This document shows, piece by piece, positions 49,764-59,680 of a stretch of 64,000 nucleotides of DNA. Position numbers and translations under genes: made by a program. This DNA is from Candidatus Poribacteria bacterium (lineage in GTDB: Bacteria; Poribacteria; WGA-4E; WGA-3G), in NCBI GenBank assembly GCA_963665235.2, contig CAXXLX010000001.1, positions 3,680,001-3,744,000 of the forward strand. The letters are read 5' to 3'. A model generated the notes under the pieces. The model had not been told where the DNA came from and made no database searches. It was given only the letters and a program-made list of their open reading frames with translations. Numbering within the stretch: position 1 is the stretch's first letter; each line of letters begins with the position of its first letter.

Positions 49764-49877
49764 CAGGACTTACGCAAATGTAGCAGGACCCTCGTAGGGG
49801 CGGGGTCCCCCCGCCCGCTAGGTCTCCCCTATGCTCCCATTAGCATAAGGATTTATCAACGCGCTGCGTAAGTCCTA
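49764..49877. mobile_element. MITE-like family A, second copy
   Basis: CAGGACTTACGCA...TGCGTAAGTCCTA with internal GTAGGGGCGGGGTCCCCCGCCC. Confidence 0.8.
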
Positions 49878-49899
49878 TAGGATAATACGGCGGTGAATA

Positions 49900-50142
49900 A
49901 TGCGAATGCAAGAAATTGTAGAAGCTATAAAGACGTTAAGTCCCACCGAGCGGTACCACCTACGGTGCCTATTGAAAGAGCAGGACGAAGCTGAGAAACT
50001 GGAAGTATTTCATCAAGTCCTGCTTTCGAAAGGCTTAATTAAAGAGGTGAAGAAACCTCCTGTCACTGACACGTCTGAACGGCAACTCATTGAAGTCAAG
50101 GGAAAACCTGTCTCAGAAACAATCATTGAGGAGCGGAAGTAG
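49900..50142 (+). CDS. Putative antitoxin (VapB-like)
   Basis: Small ORF directly upstream of a PIN toxin; tail GKPVSETIIEER. Confidence 0.7.
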   Translation: MRMQEIVEAIKTLSPTERYHLRCLLKEQDEAEKLEVFHQVLLSKGLIKEVKKPPVTDTSERQLIEVKGKPVSETIIEERK

Positions 50143-50145
50143 GCG

Positions 50146-50607
50146 ATGATCTACTATATGGATAGTAGTTGTCTTGTTAAAAGTTACATCAATGAAATTG
50201 GTTCAGGATGGGTTCTCAGCATCACTAATCCTGTTGCAGGAAACGAAATTTATACTGTCCGCATTACAGGTGTTGAGATTGTTTCTGCTGTCTCGCGACG
50301 GAAACGGGAGGGCACAATTATCTCTGCTGATGCCGCGATGGTAATCGCTACCTTGAAAAATGACTTACTCAATACGTATCACATCATTGAGGTGACCGAG
50401 CAACTAGTGAATCGGGCGATGACTTTAGCTGAAACTCATGGTTTACGCGGCTCTGATGCGGTGCAGCTCGCAGCGGCATGCGAAGTTCAGGCACTTTGTA
50501 TCCCAAGTGGAATTCCACCGCTTTCCTTTCTCTCCGCGGATAGGGCACTCAATACCGCAGCTATCGCTGAAGGACTGTCAGTAGATGATCCAAATGCCCA
50601 TCCTTAA
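50146..50607 (+). CDS. vapC: PIN-domain VapC toxin
   Basis: YYMDSSCLVKSY..E.GS, LRGSDAVQLAAA, FLSADRAL..AAIAEGL. Confidence 0.9.
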   Translation: MIYYMDSSCLVKSYINEIGSGWVLSITNPVAGNEIYTVRITGVEIVSAVSRRKREGTIISADAAMVIATLKNDLLNTYHIIEVTEQLVNRAMTLAETHGLRGSDAVQLAAACEVQALCIPSGIPPLSFLSADRALNTAAIAEGLSVDDPNAHP

Positions 50608-50859
50608 ATAAGGAATTCACCACGCTTGATTACGGTGGGCGTGAGTTTAGATTTTTAAAGCAGAATCTGGGAAAAGTATGTGAAGGAATATGCAGCGGGA
50701 ACAAATATTGTCCGCCTAGCAATAGATGTTGCCGCTGCTTTTCCTAATTAGATAGACACAGGCGAACGCGAGTCGGGGCAACGCATATCAATACAGTTTA
50801 AATTAAAAAAGATAGCATATTCGCGTAGAATATGCTATCATAATCTATATAATGAAGAG

Positions 50860-51336
50860 ATGTCCATCATAATGATTGAAAATCAAAAAGATTACGATAG
50901 AGATAACGAAATTGTTCCTTTTATCGGCATCCAGCGAAAATATGTAAACCTAGCGTCAAAAGTCTATTCGATCCTGTTTTTAGGGTATGCGTCCTGGATT
51001 TTCACACGAAAGTTCCTCAACAGCAGCAAAATATTGGAGGAAAGATTAGATGGAATTTGGGCACACCTTGCCGGGTTCAGTATCGTAGAGGGTGTCGTTA
51101 TGATTGCTATTATTCAAATCGGAGATATTGCTATGTATTTGACAAATAAGTTGAAAAAACAGGCCGAAACAGCCGAAGCTAAAGGCAGAGCCGAAGGTAG
51201 AGCCGAAGGCAGAGCCGAAATCTATCAACTGTGGGCAGCATGGAACGAACGCAGAATGGAAGCTGAAATGAAAGGCATACCGTTCAATGAACCCCCACCC
51301 GAACCTCCTCAAAACCTGAACGATATACAGGATTGA
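50860..51336 (+). CDS. Hypothetical 2-TM protein with Rpn-like GRAE-repeat tail
   Basis: Two hydrophobic segments, then KGRAEGRAEGRAE...WNERR...PFNEPPP. Confidence 0.7.
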   Translation: MSIIMIENQKDYDRDNEIVPFIGIQRKYVNLASKVYSILFLGYASWIFTRKFLNSSKILEERLDGIWAHLAGFSIVEGVVMIAIIQIGDIAMYLTNKLKKQAETAEAKGRAEGRAEGRAEIYQLWAAWNERRMEAEMKGIPFNEPPPEPPQNLNDIQD

Positions 51337-51518
51337 TGCCAACGTTCGCTAGACCAGAACGCAACGTTATTATTTCACTCTTAGATCGGTTTCTATAAAC
51401 ATATCGTCCATACTGGACTAAGAGGAAGGGGCAGAAACACCCGTCCCTTAGAGATGAGTGTCTATAACGGCTATGACGCGGAAAAAACCAAGTTACAAAA
51501 CTATTGGAAGACTATTAA

Positions 51519-52346
51519 ATGAATCTTCAAAAGACAAAAAAACTATCAGAAATCTACAACCGGGAAGAGGATTTCTCATCGGATCTCGCCGATAACCTTG
51601 AAGTACTACAGGTCGGAAATTTTGAAGACTCGGAAACTGAAGCCAACGTCGGCACGCGCAGGGCAGATATTGTTGCCGTTGGAACAGATGGGACACTCGT
51701 GGTCGAAAATCAATTCGGCAAAGCAGATTGGGATCATTGGGGCAGACTTGAGGCATACGCGCGCCTGAAAGAAGCCGATGTAGCGGCATTAGTCGCTGAA
51801 AACTTTGAAGAGCTAATGATTGTTACATGCAATCTTCGTAATGAAGATAGCAAGGTTAACTGGTATTTGATTCAAGTAGAAGTAAATTCACACGACGAAC
51901 TTGCTTTTCACCACGTTGCACGCCCAGCAATAGATATCCAAACCGAAAAGAAAGCTGACATTGGATATAGCGAATTCTGGCAGCCGATTCGTCAGGGTGA
52001 ATTCGGGGAACTATTTTCAGGAAAACCTGTACGTATAAGGGACGAAGGTTGGATTCCCAAGAACGTCAGCGGAGTGCAAATGTTTCTTATACTTAACAAT
52101 CACGATTGCTACATTCAGCTGACATTTAAGAGAACCGATAGAGTGGAACACCGGGACAAAGTTATGGAACTATTCCCAAAATCAGAATACAACTACGAGT
52201 ATACAGAAGCAGACAAATCTGTATCAGTTGTATTTCCCCTACTTGACAAAGGTAAGAACAACCGAGAAGATTGGAATGAAATCCGTCAGAAATTAGTCGA
52301 CTTAGGCACCGACATCTACAATAAAATAGATGAATCTGACCTATAG
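51519..52346 (+). CDS. PD-(D/E)xK (NucS/EndoMS-like) nuclease domain plus DUF4268-like domain
   Basis: EEDFS..L..NL..L, RADIVA...VVENQFGKADWDHWG; C-terminal YSEFW...DW.EI. Confidence 0.7.
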   Translation: MNLQKTKKLSEIYNREEDFSSDLADNLEVLQVGNFEDSETEANVGTRRADIVAVGTDGTLVVENQFGKADWDHWGRLEAYARLKEADVAALVAENFEELMIVTCNLRNEDSKVNWYLIQVEVNSHDELAFHHVARPAIDIQTEKKADIGYSEFWQPIRQGEFGELFSGKPVRIRDEGWIPKNVSGVQMFLILNNHDCYIQLTFKRTDRVEHRDKVMELFPKSEYNYEYTEADKSVSVVFPLLDKGKNNREDWNEIRQKLVDLGTDIYNKIDESDL

Positions 52347-52602
52347 TGGGTTCAGAAATGCCTGATAAAATTTAACTTCCCGAAGGACAACGAAACGAGG
52401 AAAACAAGGCGGCTCTATTATGAAAACATTAAGAAGCAGGCATTTCCGCCCCAACTCTTAGTCCCGTAAGGACCGATATGTTTATAGAAGCAGCGGTTTC
52501 TGCCTCACTCATTCCGCTTTTTTCGGCATGAAAAGTGTTTAGAGCAAACGGATATTTATTATCAAGCTCACGCGTAAGTTACAAAACTATAGGAGTATTA
52601 AA

Positions 52603-53001
52603 ATGAATAACATTGAATATAGCGAATTCTGGCAGCCGATTCGTCAGGGTAAATTCGGGGAACTATTTTCAGCAGAACCTGTACTTATCAAGGAGCGTTG
52701 GATGTCTAAGAGAATCCCTAACCGTGACATCTCAGTTTATCTCTGGCTTAACGCCAAAGACTGTTACGTTCAATTATATTTCAACGGAGAAAACCGCTCG
52801 GAACGCAGAGAGGAAATTTTGGCGTTATTTCCAGAATCAGATTATACTAGGGAACGTAAGAATTCTCCCAAAGAAACAAAAGTCAAATTTCCTGTTCTTG
52901 ACAAAGGTAGGAACAACCGAGAAGATTGGGATGAAATTCGCGAGGCATTAGTCACCATGGGCGCCGACATCTACAACAAAATCAACGAATCTGACCTATA
53001 G
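52603..53001 (+). CDS. Stand-alone DUF4268-like domain, paralog of the upstream C-terminus
   Basis: Shares YSEFWQPIRQG.FGELFS and LDKG.NNREDW.EIR..LV..G.DIYNKI.ESDL with 51519..52346. Confidence 0.75.
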   Translation: MNNIEYSEFWQPIRQGKFGELFSAEPVLIKERWMSKRIPNRDISVYLWLNAKDCYVQLYFNGENRSERREEILALFPESDYTRERKNSPKETKVKFPVLDKGRNNREDWDEIREALVTMGADIYNKINESDL

Positions 53002-53040
53002 CAAAACATTTAACGGGAGACCTATCTAGAGGAATTCACA

Positions 53041-54042
53041 ATGGACACAAATTATAACGTAGCAATCATCGGGTGTGGAGGAATTTCCCACATGCATGCC
53101 GCGTGGTATGTGAACGAACCGAGGGCAACCCTAACCGCAGTTGCCGACCTCGACCAGGAACGCCTGAATACATACCAAGAAAGATACGGGGTCGAAAAAC
53201 AGTACACCGATTACATCGAAATGCTCAAAACAGAGGATATCGACCTTGTATCGGTCTGTACACGGCCGAAACTGCATGCCCCGCTCGTCGTTGAAGCGGC
53301 AAAACACGGCATCAAAGGCATACTGTCAGAAAAACCGATGGCGGAAAATCTCGGCCAAGCAAAGGCGATGCTTGACTCCTGTTCACAGCACGGCGTGAAA
53401 TTGGCGATTGACCATCAAGTGCGATTTAGTGCCCCCTATCAGCAGGGACAAAAAATGATTGCGGATGGGGTTATCGGAGACGTTTTCCGCATTCACGGCA
53501 TCTGTGGCGGCGGAGATCTAAAGGATAACGCAACACATACCGTCGATCTGATGCTATATATCTACGGAGACAAACCCATCAGTTGGGTGATAGGTCAGAT
53601 TGAACGTATCGGCACGCCCACCAAATACGATTTGCACTCCGAAAATTTCGCAATCGGATACTTCAAATTTGAGGACAATGCCCGCGGTATTATCGAATCC
53701 GGCAGCGATACCGCCCCTGGATATCATCACATCTACTGCTACGGCACAGAAGGCGAACTGGAACTCGCCGCCCCTGGCGGACCAGGTCTCCGCTACCGTA
53801 ATCAGGCATCCGGCGGCGAATGGGTCACACCCGAACTGCCTTCCGAAATCACGCCTGTAACAGACCTCATTAACGCCATTGAAGAGGATAGAGAACACCG
53901 CTCAAGCGGTTATCAAGGATACGCCACCCTTGAACTGCTCATGGCAATCTACGAGTCATCTCGAAAACGGAGACGTGTTCAGCTGCCTATGGAAGAGATG
54001 GAGTCACCGTTGACACTGATGATTGAGGATGGTTGGGTATAG
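53041..54042 (+). CDS. Gfo/Idh/MocA family oxidoreductase
   Basis: AIIGCGGIS, LSEKPMA, DHQVRF. Confidence 0.9.
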   Translation: MDTNYNVAIIGCGGISHMHAAWYVNEPRATLTAVADLDQERLNTYQERYGVEKQYTDYIEMLKTEDIDLVSVCTRPKLHAPLVVEAAKHGIKGILSEKPMAENLGQAKAMLDSCSQHGVKLAIDHQVRFSAPYQQGQKMIADGVIGDVFRIHGICGGGDLKDNATHTVDLMLYIYGDKPISWVIGQIERIGTPTKYDLHSENFAIGYFKFEDNARGIIESGSDTAPGYHHIYCYGTEGELELAAPGGPGLRYRNQASGGEWVTPELPSEITPVTDLINAIEEDREHRSSGYQGYATLELLMAIYESSRKRRRVQLPMEEMESPLTLMIEDGWV

Positions 54043-54053
54043 GAGAAAAGTAG

Positions 54054-54668
54054 ATGAACTTCGATTCCACCAGCACAATATTTCTGATCGGATTTCCGAT
54101 TCTGTTCGGGATTATGGCACTCTTTTTCTTGGTAATTGGGTTGCGCGGCATTTTAACCAAACGCCCTTTCTTAGTGTCAAATAGATGGCTGCTTCTGATA
54201 ATGTTTGCAATATTCGTACCGCTCACCTTACAGACGTTGTTTTTTCCGCCACCCGGTTCATTTCTCGTCAAGTGGTTAAACCCAAGCATATTCATAGTTG
54301 TGCTTGTCATGATGTGTTTTGCATTGAGAGGATATGTCGCTTATGGCGTTACGGATACGTCATTTCGTGACGGACTGCTGGCAGGACTCCAAAAACTACA
54401 ATTACCTTACGAGGAAAGCCTTTCCATCGTTCGGCTTCCATCTGTTGAGGCTGACTTACAGGTGTCCGTGCAGGCTTGGATGGGTGCCGGACAGATTAAG
54501 GTCAAACAACGCGGACACGGTTCGCTGCTAGCAGAAATTATCAGTGAAATGAACGAACATTTCCGCATGTCGTCTACGCCTGCAAACCTGACTACCTGTA
54601 TTTTCTTTGTGATTATGGGAGTGATTATGATTACTGCTGGAATTGGAACGGTGCTGCTATTCCAATGA
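54054..54668 (+). CDS. Hypothetical membrane protein
   Basis: Four TM segments; GGAG RBS. Confidence 0.75.
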   Translation: MNFDSTSTIFLIGFPILFGIMALFFLVIGLRGILTKRPFLVSNRWLLLIMFAIFVPLTLQTLFFPPPGSFLVKWLNPSIFIVVLVMMCFALRGYVAYGVTDTSFRDGLLAGLQKLQLPYEESLSIVRLPSVEADLQVSVQAWMGAGQIKVKQRGHGSLLAEIISEMNEHFRMSSTPANLTTCIFFVIMGVIMITAGIGTVLLFQ

Positions 54669-54724
54669 GAGCAGCAAAGACCGCTCTATTCTTAATCCGC
54701 TACGATAAGCTTGGGACATAACAG

Positions 54725-56539
54725 ATGATTTCTGAGTACTTGAACGAAAAAAACCGCGCTATCCTCATAAAAGTCATCCTATTTTGCATTCTGATTACTG
54801 CGGGAGCGTTGGTCCTACGAAACCTTGGGCACAGCAAAATCACCTATTGGGATGAAGGTTTCCATGCGATTGTTGCTCGGAATTTGACGAAACATCCGTT
54901 GAAGTTCACCCTCTATGATCAGCCGTGGCTTTCATACAATTATAAAAGTTGGGGGGATAATCATATATGGTTACACAAACCGCCTGTCGCCATGTGGGAA
55001 ATCTGTCTTTCTCACTTCATTTTCGGCATCAACGCCTTCGCGCTCCGGTTGCCATCTGCTATCAGTCTTATTTTGGTGGCCTGGTTGACATATAGAATCA
55101 CTTCCACGCTTTTCGATAAACGTGCTGGACTTATCGCGGCATTCCTTCAGGCGTTCAATCCGTTTCTCTTTGAATCTGTTCACGGCTATCGCTATTCGGA
55201 CCACATTGACATAGCACTGCTTCTCTGGGTGACAGTTTCGTGTTGGTTTCTGCTTCGTGGGATTCAGTCAGGGAAACGGCGAAATTACATCTTATCCGGT
55301 GTCGCCATGGGAATAGCCTATCTCTCAAAAAGCTATCTGGCACTGATAACTTTCGGCATAGCGTTTGTCGTTTGGTTTGTTGCATGGTACAAACGGAGAC
55401 TGCATCCCGTAAGCGTCACTACAGAGGAGGAAGCCGCCCCACGCTCTGATGGCGAAAAGATGCGAATTCGGCTCAGCGATGTGCTCCTACAACTCCTCGT
55501 CGGCATTGGAACGGTCGCCCCGTGGACACTCTACTGTTTGATAAAACACCCGAAGGAATTTTTATGGGAACATAAACGTGTTATCGACCATCTCAATACG
55601 GATGTTGAAAGTTGGGCAGCATCGTGGGACCGGCCGCTCTTTGACTATATGACGTTGTTCTACCCGCTTTTTTACGCCGCACTCTTTGCAATCGTGTTGT
55701 GTCTGCTGATAGTGATGTTCAGACGTTGGCGGTTACCCGAGCTTTTCATATTAGCGTGGGCAATCGGTGTGATTGTTCCGCACACACTTGCACAGACGAA
55801 AACGCCATCGGCGACGATGATAGCTGTTCCACCCCTACTTATATGTCTCGCAGCAGTCATAAGTCAGGCCTGGCAAAGACGCGATTGGCTTTACACAGCG
55901 ATTTGGGGGGCAGCAATGCTTGCAATTTTTATCATCCCTGGCGGGCAAACGCTAGTCCGGGGGCGGGACCAATTTGATGGAGCGGATATATTCCTGCCTT
56001 TCGTTCGGACAAACTTCTGGATTATTGAGCAGCTCCTCGGATTTGCCGTGTTGCTGGCACTGTTCGCTGGAATGTCCTACCTAATACGCAAAAGAGCTTG
56101 GCAGAAATGGATATGGCTTACAGTTCGCATAGCTGCCCTATCACTCGCTCTATTTTACGCGGGACATTACGTAAATGCAGCATACAGGGTCACATCGCGA
56201 AATCTGCAAATTCCGTTATATGTCCAAAGTGGGGAACGTATCCAACGTGAGCTCCCTGAAAATGCCTGCTTTTTCCTTGACGATGAACGGAGGGGCTCAC
56301 ATTTCGATTTGATGTACTACGCCGATAGGTCTACGTATCCTATCTATCACAGCGGCATGGCTGCCCCGCGAGACCTGCCACGCGACGCAAGCGCAGCACG
56401 CGCAGCAGGAGCAATTCCCTACATCTTCTCTATCAAAGAGACGCAATACGATTACCCACTGCTGATTGAAGCGGAGGTAGATATAGGAGATGGCAAAAAA
56501 CAGTGGTATCGAATCTTTGAAATCACAGAAACAGAATGA
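54725..56539 (+). CDS. ArnT/PMT-like GT-C glycosyltransferase
   Basis: YWDEGFHA..ARN, WLHKPP..MW, FALRLPSA, LSK; many TMs. Confidence 0.88.
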   Translation: MISEYLNEKNRAILIKVILFCILITAGALVLRNLGHSKITYWDEGFHAIVARNLTKHPLKFTLYDQPWLSYNYKSWGDNHIWLHKPPVAMWEICLSHFIFGINAFALRLPSAISLILVAWLTYRITSTLFDKRAGLIAAFLQAFNPFLFESVHGYRYSDHIDIALLLWVTVSCWFLLRGIQSGKRRNYILSGVAMGIAYLSKSYLALITFGIAFVVWFVAWYKRRLHPVSVTTEEEAAPRSDGEKMRIRLSDVLLQLLVGIGTVAPWTLYCLIKHPKEFLWEHKRVIDHLNTDVESWAASWDRPLFDYMTLFYPLFYAALFAIVLCLLIVMFRRWRLPELFILAWAIGVIVPHTLAQTKTPSATMIAVPPLLICLAAVISQAWQRRDWLYTAIWGAAMLAIFIIPGGQTLVRGRDQFDGADIFLPFVRTNFWIIEQLLGFAVLLALFAGMSYLIRKRAWQKWIWLTVRIAALSLALFYAGHYVNAAYRVTSRNLQIPLYVQSGERIQRELPENACFFLDDERRGSHFDLMYYADRSTYPIYHSGMAAPRDLPRDASAARAAGAIPYIFSIKETQYDYPLLIEAEVDIGDGKKQWYRIFEITETE

Positions 56540-56545
56540 CAGGTG

Positions 56546-56865
56546 TTTATAGAGAACGTGATGGTTGTGAAAACTAACCCCGTAGGGGTGCTATCTTTAT
56601 AGAGAACGTGATGATTGTGAAAACTAACCCCGTAGGGGTGCCATCTTTATAGAGGACGTGATGATTGTGAAAACTAACCCCGTAGGGGTGCCATCTTTAT
56701 AGAGGACGTGATGGTTGTGAAAACTAACCCCGTAGGGGTGCTATCTTTATAGAGGACGTGATGGTTGTGAAAACTAACCCCGTAGGGGTGCTATCTTTAT
56801 AGAGACGTGATGATTGTGAAAACTAACCCCGTAGGGGTGCTATCTTTATAGAGAACGTGATGGTT
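56546..56865. repeat. Tandem array D: 6 full units plus a partial, 50-bp period
   Basis: Unit TTTATAGAGRACGTGATGRTTGTGAAAACTAACCCCGTAGGGGTGCYATC. Confidence 0.96.
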
Positions 56866-57010
56866 ATTGGCTATTGAAAACCGTTGGAAACCATTAGCAA
56901 GAGAAAGAAAACAAAGAGGAAGAGCCATCTTATATTTCTTGCCAATTGTGCGCCAATCCCCAATCGCTAATCGCCAATGAGCTATTTGCCAAAAAAGGAT
57001 ACACCGGAAT

Positions 57011-59152
57011 ATGTTAGAGCCAAATAATTTTACCACTTGGGCATTACCGCCCGATGCCTTGGCACGATTCGGAAAAGGACAAGTGCTTGACTTAGCTGTC
57101 TCCTCGGATGGTAAATATCTTGCCGTTGGAAGTTGGGCCGGCGCGTGGTGGTATGAACTCTCCACAGGCACCCCCCTTACGTTGTGTGAAACAGAGCGAG
57201 GTATGATTGACTGTATTGCCCTTTGCCCTGCTGAGAAACCGTGGTTGGCTATTTCGAACTCCGATAGGCATGGGGCACCGGTAGTCAAAGTGTGGGATGT
57301 GCAAACAGGTGAATGTGTATCTGTTCTCGCTCCGTTGCCGAAACCGATTTGCGATTTCCTCTGTTTTTCGTCGTCATCAGGTGAATGGGTTGCTGCAGTC
57401 GCAGAAGAACTTAATACCGAGTTTTCTATCTATATTTGGAACGCGGCGACTGGCACACTACACGCTGAGTTGAATCTTCCGATTGCTGACATTCCATCGC
57501 ACTCGTACGACGATTTGCTCTACTTTGCTACTATCGGTGCTGTGGCGTTTTCACCCAACAATCGCCTGCTTGCCGGTATTCCTAGCTCCCGTGCACTTGA
57601 TAACGCTGAACGCGTTAGTTTCATTTCTGTATGGGATACAACGGTCCAGGAACACATCAGTCTTCTCACAGACGATACGGAAGTTTTGCACTCCTTATGT
57701 TTTTCACCTACCGGACAGCTCCTCGCTACCGGGGGTGCTAAAGGGAGTGTCAAGGTATGGGATGTCTCTACTTGGCAGCTGCATCAGACATATCCATCAC
57801 GTGGGGATTATCTGATGAATGTTTCCTACGCCTCCGATGGTACACTGCGCGTAATGGGTGTCTCTCATGATGAATGCACGGTCACTGTATGGGATGTAGA
57901 ACAGCAAAAGGAGCTTTCCACTTTTCAAGGAAAAATCTATTTTGATGGCGAAATTCAGCCCACTCATTTTTCCAGCGGCGCTCATCTCGCCTTAAAAATT
58001 GATTCTGAAGTGCAGGTCAAATCGGTAAGTGCCAACGGCAAGCTTTTCACACTGCCTTGGGACCTCGGTTATCCACATTCGCTCACATTCTCGGCGGATG
58101 GAAAGACGCTCGCCTGTGGTTATCGCAACTTTGGGGGTGTCATGTTATATGATAGGACAACCCATCATTCGCAACAGATAGCCGTTGAACCGATGTGTGA
58201 AACTCATGCCGTTTTTTCAGATGCTACATCGGGAAAACTCTATACGACCGGGTTTCCGCCAACCTCCAGTGAGTATTGGGGAGACACCCTCACGTTGTGG
58301 GAAATTGGACAAAGTGAACCGATAGCTGAATTGCCTCCTCCTGTCGAGCATCCGGAAAAGTTTGGTCGGTATAGCATGGCATATTCGCCCATAACAAACC
58401 TTCTTGCTTGCGGAAATGAAACGAATGCTGAGGACTTGCCTGAAAATGACCCTGAAAACGGCGCGGTTTATGTATGGGATGTCGCCCGGGGACAGATGCA
58501 GCACATATTCAGAGGCAAACATACGGATTCTGTCGGGTTTGTGAGGTTCAGTCCGGATGGCACACGCCTTATCAGTAGAGATACTGATGGCACAGATCGG
58601 GTGTGGGACGTAACGTGCAGTGAAGAGATAGTCGAATTTCCTGAAAATTTTATGAAGCATGGAGTTTTTGACTACGCTCGTTATGAAGCTGAATATGAAG
58701 CGTTAGCAGAACGCTTTGAAGAGGTATACTTTTTATCTGGTTTCAGACCTCAGGTGTTTTCTTCGTGTGGAAATCTCATTGCGGGTGCATTTTCTGATGA
58801 CAAGATATTAGTGTGGGATATTGAGCGGTGTGAAGCACGCGTGACAATACACAAACCTCTGACAGTGTCAAGGCCTCCTTCGGTGGATCCGATAGAGCTT
58901 TCCCCTTGTGGTCGGTATTTAGCTTACGGTGAAGTTTGGGAAGAGGGTGTAAAGAAAGTTCCTGTTCGGTTGTGGGACATCAGCACCGGTGAAAACATCG
59001 CCACCTTTCGGGGGCATCCGACAGATATTCAGTGCCTTGCGTTTTCACCGGACAGCACAGTTTTAGCAAGCGGTAGTTTCGATGGCACTATTCTGCTCTG
59101 GGATTTGACACCTTATCTATCTCATCACGGATGCAATACGGGAACATTGTAA
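57011..59152 (+). CDS. WD40-repeat beta-propeller protein
   Basis: LPPDALARFGKG N-terminus, many ..WD ends, GHPTDIQCLAFSPDSTVLASGSFDGTILLWD. Confidence 0.93.
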   Translation: MLEPNNFTTWALPPDALARFGKGQVLDLAVSSDGKYLAVGSWAGAWWYELSTGTPLTLCETERGMIDCIALCPAEKPWLAISNSDRHGAPVVKVWDVQTGECVSVLAPLPKPICDFLCFSSSSGEWVAAVAEELNTEFSIYIWNAATGTLHAELNLPIADIPSHSYDDLLYFATIGAVAFSPNNRLLAGIPSSRALDNAERVSFISVWDTTVQEHISLLTDDTEVLHSLCFSPTGQLLATGGAKGSVKVWDVSTWQLHQTYPSRGDYLMNVSYASDGTLRVMGVSHDECTVTVWDVEQQKELSTFQGKIYFDGEIQPTHFSSGAHLALKIDSEVQVKSVSANGKLFTLPWDLGYPHSLTFSADGKTLACGYRNFGGVMLYDRTTHHSQQIAVEPMCETHAVFSDATSGKLYTTGFPPTSSEYWGDTLTLWEIGQSEPIAELPPPVEHPEKFGRYSMAYSPITNLLACGNETNAEDLPENDPENGAVYVWDVARGQMQHIFRGKHTDSVGFVRFSPDGTRLISRDTDGTDRVWDVTCSEEIVEFPENFMKHGVFDYARYEAEYEALAERFEEVYFLSGFRPQVFSSCGNLIAGAFSDDKILVWDIERCEARVTIHKPLTVSRPPSVDPIELSPCGRYLAYGEVWEEGVKKVPVRLWDISTGENIATFRGHPTDIQCLAFSPDSTVLASGSFDGTILLWDLTPYLSHHGCNTGTL

Positions 59153-59226
59153 ACAGGAACGGCTAACGGACGTGGCGTTTCAACATCCGCATTCCATAAA
59201 AATTCAGCATTTTTTCATAAAAAAAA

Positions 59227-59255
59227 TTGACATTTCTCGAAAATTAAGGTATACT
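59227..59255 (+). promoter_or_regulatory. Sigma70 promoter upstream of the split HigA-like gene
   Basis: TTGACA-17 nt-TATACT. Confidence 0.7.
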
Positions 59256-59469
59256 TGATATGTCAACTGGGGATGTAACGATGGCGTGTCCATACTACTA
59301 TATAATCTCAGCGAGTTAACCACTAAGGTGATAATTATGGAGATTAAACCAATCAAAACTCAAGCAGACTATGAAGCTGCACTGAAGGAAATAGAACGAC
59401 TTTGGGGGACGAGCCACGGGTCGCCAGAAGGGGATAAACTTGATGTGCTTGTTACACTAGTAGAGGCTT

Positions 59470-59680
59470 GTAAAGATCACCCAGCTAAAGCTTGGGTGCT
59501 TTGACAAAGCGTAGCCACACACGTTCCCTGTCAAGGATTAAGTTCTTCACTACAGTAATATATCGGGTATTCTGAGCGTGGCAGCTCATAAGATGTCTCG
59601 GATGCTCCCCAAGTCCGACCCCTCTCTGAATACCTGATCTGGATGGGGAAATATACAACCCGAAAGGGAGATTACAAACT
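59470..59680 (+). ncRNA. Putative omegaRNA scaffold
   Basis: 211 nt between the element end and the ORF. Contains a GGATGCTCCCCAAGTCC motif and a terminal CCCGAAAGGG hairpin, typical of IscB/IsrB loci. Confidence 0.75.

Noticed and set aside
56797-57288. 163-aa minus-strand ORF
   Set aside because: Antisense to the WD40 gene and runs through repeat DNA.
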